From an uncultured candidate division Zixibacteria bacterium (GTDB lineage: Bacteria > Zixibacteria > MSB-5A5 > GN15 > FEB-12), in contig CAWDXE010000001.1 of assembly GCA_963806185.1 (NCBI GenBank), forward strand, positions 640,001 to 704,000: a stretch of DNA of 64,000 bases. The letters run 5' to 3'. Each line of letters starts with the position of its first letter. Positions within the stretch are counted from its first letter, which is position 1. The position numbers and the translations under genes are program-made. The notes below the pieces were generated by a model. The model saw nothing but the letters and a program-made list of their open reading frames with translations, was not told the DNA's origin and did no database searches. Positions 60,233 to 64,000 of the stretch are shown piece by piece.

Positions 60233-60340
60233 TTGCCTGAATTGGCCGGCTGTTGATATCGAGCGGCAAACATCTTATCTTGAAACTTAACTGTGCTGCA
60301 CATGTACGACGGCACACAACGCAGGGCTGGAGTTCCCACT

Positions 60341-61084
60341 ATGCTCAGGAAAATTATACTCGCTGTAATCGTTATCGTAGTTGCCGGGCTGGCCGTGGCA
60401 TATTTCGTTCGCAATATGCTGGTCGAGAAGGCAGTCGAAGCGGGCTCGACGTATGCTCTCGGAGTCCAATCCAACCTCGGTTCGGCATCTCTCGAAATCG
60501 GCGGCGGGAGCCTGGGAATGAAGAACCTCGCGATCAGAAATCCGGATGGGTTTACAGCGGAACACTTTCTGACCCTGCGGCGGGGTGTACTTGATGTCGA
60601 CGCCGGATCGGTGTTGGACAAAGAGGTCGTGGTAGATTCCTTCATTATCGCAGGTATCACGCTCAATCTTGAGCAGATCGACAAGAAGGGGAATTATCAG
60701 GTACTGCTGGACAATATCAAGCGCCTTGATATTTCTTCATCGGGAGAATCCCAGAAATTCCGTATCGGCCTGATCGCTCTGCGGGACATAAACGTCACCG
60801 GATCGCTGAGCCTGTTGGGGAAGAACGTGGAGAAGTCATTCACACTTGAGAATTTCTCGCTACGCAATGTCGGCAGTGACAACGGAGCTAAGATAAGCGA
60901 GGTGACCGCCCTGGTGGTGAAGACACTCATTACGAAAGCGCTCGCCGCCGGGGGCGGACTGCTTCCGGAGGGCTTTGGCAAAAATCTCGGTGACCTGAAA
61001 GACAAGGCCACGGAAGAGATCAAGACCGAGGCAACGGACAAGCTCAAGGACCTGGGCAAGTCGCTGACGGGGGGACCAGAATAG
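60341..61084 (+). CDS. AsmA-like protein
   Basis: N-terminal TM, 'AVE.....ALG......L....G......L.I.NP.GF', 'NY..L..N', 'L.NVG'. Confidence 0.7.
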   Translation: MLRKIILAVIVIVVAGLAVAYFVRNMLVEKAVEAGSTYALGVQSNLGSASLEIGGGSLGMKNLAIRNPDGFTAEHFLTLRRGVLDVDAGSVLDKEVVVDSFIIAGITLNLEQIDKKGNYQVLLDNIKRLDISSSGESQKFRIGLIALRDINVTGSLSLLGKNVEKSFTLENFSLRNVGSDNGAKISEVTALVVKTLITKALAAGGGLLPEGFGKNLGDLKDKATEEIKTEATDKLKDLGKSLTGGPE

Positions 61085-61122
61085 GACACGCCGATTCGTG
61101 AGTAAATCTGGATGAGAGTAAT

Positions 61123-62385
61123 CTAGATCACCCGACGTAAGATCAGCGTCGTGTCAAATGTGGTGGTGCCTCGGATACCGGACATATGAATTGACTGGTT
61201 CTCCCGCGTAAACATGCGTTCCATCTCAATAAACGAGAGCGAGGAACTGCTTCGACCTGCAATCATCGTGATCAGATCACCTCTCCTGATACCAGCTGCA
61301 TGGCCGGGAGAATTCGGCAGCACATCCTCGACTTCCTTTAGTCCGTTTCGGAGCGTTCGAAGTACCAGTCCCGCCATGTTCATCTCAAACGGATCATTGA
61401 AATGGGAATTCGGTTTCAGGTACATTCTCGAGTGAATGTAGTCAAAGGTCACTTTAAATCGACGCTGGGCGTCGAGTCCAAAGAAACCATTCTGTCCAAT
61501 AATATCCTTTACCTCATTGAATCCATCGGTCGGGTGAAGGACTATGCAATTGCGCATGCTCAGCGTACCAAAACGAACTGCGTCAAGCCTGGACCACTTG
61601 CCATGGACAGCACCCTTGATCCCCTCTGAAAAATAGCTCGAGGGTGCGTCTTCCGGAGGTTGCAGGTCCAGACCATCGTAGGAGTGAAGGGAAAACGGAA
61701 CATCGGCCCCTGTATCGACCAGCAGTTTCACCTTTCCGACTGTCTTCCCCTTCTCTTCGATCGTCGCAGTCATAACTGGAATCCCCTGCGAAAAGGTGAT
61801 GTCAAGGGCATCTCCTGCACCCTGCCCGTCAAACTGATTACACCTGTATAAGTTAAGAACGGTCTTCTCGTGATCGATTTCTACCACACAGGAGTTTAGT
61901 ATCGTTCCCCCTATGATCCCGCTGGCGAGCCATTTGTTGTATCTCCGACAGTCACGCGCGACAAGTACTTGTTGATCGTCAAAAGACACACCCGGAAGTG
62001 CTATCGTCGCCCCTTGAGCAACATCCGCAACCGAGGATCCGTCACCGGCTCCGCCCAGCGGGGTATATCCAACGTACGTCAGTCCCAATGCGGCACCTAC
62101 CGCGGAATCAATGATCAATACACCGTTCAAGGGAAAGCCGGAATCAAAAGCTACCTTCACCTCGACCGAATCGTTGATCTTAATTGTGAGATACATGTTA
62201 TTATCAACGACCTCGAATGGAATGCTGAAGGCGTCGGTTCCATTCGCGAAATGAACCTGAGATGGCTGCAATGGACCGGAAGAGGATCCCGGACTGCTCG
62301 ATCGGCAGGCGAATAGCGCCAAGAGACTGCATGCGAAGAGCGGTGCTATGCTGCTGATCTTCCGGGAGGTACCCAGTGATTTCAT
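61123..62385 (-). CDS. Lipoprotein with two retropepsin-like domains and a PDZ domain
   Basis: Lipobox 'LALFAC'; 'AFDSG', 'LVDTG', 'RFKVTFDY'; PDZ 'V.DV.PNSPG..AGIRRGD.I..I.G'; GGAGG RBS. Confidence 0.82.
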   Translation of the reverse strand: MKSLGTSRKISSIAPLFACSLLALFACRSSSPGSSSGPLQPSQVHFANGTDAFSIPFEVVDNNMYLTIKINDSVEVKVAFDSGFPLNGVLIIDSAVGAALGLTYVGYTPLGGAGDGSSVADVAQGATIALPGVSFDDQQVLVARDCRRYNKWLASGIIGGTILNSCVVEIDHEKTVLNLYRCNQFDGQGAGDALDITFSQGIPVMTATIEEKGKTVGKVKLLVDTGADVPFSLHSYDGLDLQPPEDAPSSYFSEGIKGAVHGKWSRLDAVRFGTLSMRNCIVLHPTDGFNEVKDIIGQNGFFGLDAQRRFKVTFDYIHSRMYLKPNSHFNDPFEMNMAGLVLRTLRNGLKEVEDVLPNSPGHAAGIRRGDLITMIAGRSSSSLSFIEMERMFTRENQSIHMSGIRGTTTFDTTLILRRVI

Positions 62386-62546
62386 CTCAACTCCTCCGTC
62401 AGGTTCCTGCACATGGAACGAGATATCTTCACTCTCACATACGCCTGTCATGGCCTAAGGTTTCGCTATTCGCTCATCTCCAAGGTGTAACGATGACCAT
62501 CAGGTCATGATCAAGACTATGTCAGGGACCCGCCGAATTGCTGCGC

Positions 62547-64000
62547 TCACTTCTCCAGCGGTGACCACTCGCCGATGTTCTCCACTACCACCTTGCACTT
62601 CCCCTGCGAGGTCCACCGTTCGTTGCCGTTGTATCCCCACTCCATATACTCGGAACCGCCTCCGCCGACAGTGGTGATCAGGCAGCTATTGGCCAGAAAC
62701 CCGAAAGATCCGGCCACATCCGCCGGCCATTTGCTGTCGCCCCGCGACGGATCGACGGGTATCCAGCCGTACCCGGGCAGAAAGACCTCGACCCACCGGT
62801 GAAAGACGTCGTCGTACGAGGCGTCGTCATTGCGTACCACGATCGCCCCGGCGTAACGGGCCGGCAGGCCGGCGGCACGACACATGGCGATATAGACAAA
62901 CGTGTATTCAGAGCAAGAGCCCGTCCCCCGTTTTAGCACGGCCGGCGCCACATTCCATCCGCCCACTCGTTCATAGGTGAGTTTGTCCACACAGTATTGT
63001 TGAATACGCCGCGCGATCCAGTACGGATTGGTCTCCTTCCCGACGGCCGCCTGCACGGCGTTACGAATAGTCGAGTCGCCGATAATGAACTTGGCGTCAT
63101 CGACAAGGTACTTATCGCGAATATCCTTTGGAATCTCTTCCAGCTTGCCGACCTTGGCCGGAAAAACGAAGAATCTCGTCTCGTACATCTTTGCAGAAAC
63201 GCTCATGCGTACATTGCTGAATTCGTCAGGCCCGAGATTCGCGAAACGGAAATGGGCTACCTTCTGCCCCCATTTGTCGGTGAGAATGTCAGTCGCCTGT
63301 GGTGCAAACTCAATTGTGCTTGTCAGCTCCTGACTCGCCGCGTTGCCCGGGATCGCCAGATAAACATCGAGCGTCTTCACCGTATCCGGACCGAAGTTGC
63401 GTACCTGATGTAGAAAATCAACCTTCTCGGCTTTCTCCTTTGTGCGCGCATACGCAACACCATCGTCGAGTTTGAGTTGATAGATGCGATCAGTTTGGTA
63501 ATCTACCGTCCAAAGGCTTTTGCCGTCCCATGCCATTCCACAGGCGTACGGACCCGGCGACGCAATGCTCAAGACAACATCTCCGCGGGCCGGCTCGACC
63601 ATCAAGAGCCGGTCGGCGAAGCGGTCGGCCACCCAGAGATAAGTCCCGTCAAACGAGAGGGCGTCCGAATGCGAGCTCGGAGATGGAATCGAGGATATCG
63701 TGGTACCGTCGTCCGTACTGATGAGATCGATCCTATCGTACCCGTCGCCGCAGATCCAGAGGTTTTTGCCGTCCCAGGCCAGTCCGCTTGGTTCGCTGAT
63801 TGGGCAGAGTATCGTCTTTTCCACTATCCGGCTGGCAGTGTTGATTGCGTACAAACGCATTTCCTCTGCATCGGCCACCCAAAGCAATCGGCCGTCAAAC
63901 GCCAGCCCTCGCGGGACATACCCAGGTGTGGGAATAGAATCTGTCACGGTTCCCGTCGCAGGGTCGACGGCGTAAATTTGATCGCTCCGTCGATCGACAC
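62547..64000 (-). CDS. Transglutaminase-like protein with N-terminal beta-propeller (5'-truncated by window edge)
   Basis: 'GLAFDG..LWV.D' repeats; triad 'GSCSEY', 'HRWVE', 'WIPVDP'; frame is open to the window end. Confidence 0.87.
   Translation of the reverse strand, partial: VDRRSDQIYAVDPATGTVTDSIPTPGYVPRGLAFDGRLLWVADAEEMRLYAINTASRIVEKTILCPISEPSGLAWDGKNLWICGDGYDRIDLISTDDGTTISSIPSPSSHSDALSFDGTYLWVADRFADRLLMVEPARGDVVLSIASPGPYACGMAWDGKSLWTVDYQTDRIYQLKLDDGVAYARTKEKAEKVDFLHQVRNFGPDTVKTLDVYLAIPGNAASQELTSTIEFAPQATDILTDKWGQKVAHFRFANLGPDEFSNVRMSVSAKMYETRFFVFPAKVGKLEEIPKDIRDKYLVDDAKFIIGDSTIRNAVQAAVGKETNPYWIARRIQQYCVDKLTYERVGGWNVAPAVLKRGTGSCSEYTFVYIAMCRAAGLPARYAGAIVVRNDDASYDDVFHRWVEVFLPGYGWIPVDPSRGDSKWPADVAGSFGFLANSCLITTVGGGGSEYMEWGYNGNERWTSQGKCKVVVENIGEWSPLEK

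Overview
Bacterial accessory region, most likely from a Zixibacteria-like (FCB-group) anaerobe, inferred from five secreted proteins carrying a Cys-rich duplicated dockerin-like C-terminal domain. The left 36 kb is cut into discrete functional modules by at least nine same-orientation 30-60 bp junction repeats of two families. Where intact, these end in a tRNA-3'-like sequence (..GTCTCGTAGACCCCGCCA / ..GTCGGGGCCGCCA). On the opposite strand they read as a conserved short peptide tail resembling the C-terminus of a recombinase gene. The modules are kdpDE | SAM methyltransferase | Rieske-cytochrome b-nonaheme cytochrome c | S74 fibre protein | OMP plus two SBBP proteins | cupin | FG-GAP protein plus an ATP-grasp/transglutaminase/TPR envelope operon and DUF3541 | arsR-x-ccdA-hgcA-hgcB (mercury methylation) | AraC-ADH-AKR. 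No integrase or tRNA lies in the window, so this looks like an integron-like, tRNA-anchored array of non-autonomous cassettes (inference). To the right are an Rrf2-led clade II nos operon followed by a heme-copper oxidase subunit I homolog that has lost two of three CuB ligands, a hemerythrin, a TonB receptor with a secreted partner, two retropepsin-like proteases, a GH13 protein with DUF4032, an S8-PKD protease, an AsmA-like protein and a truncated transglutaminase. All product calls come from motif recognition by eye; no database searches were run.
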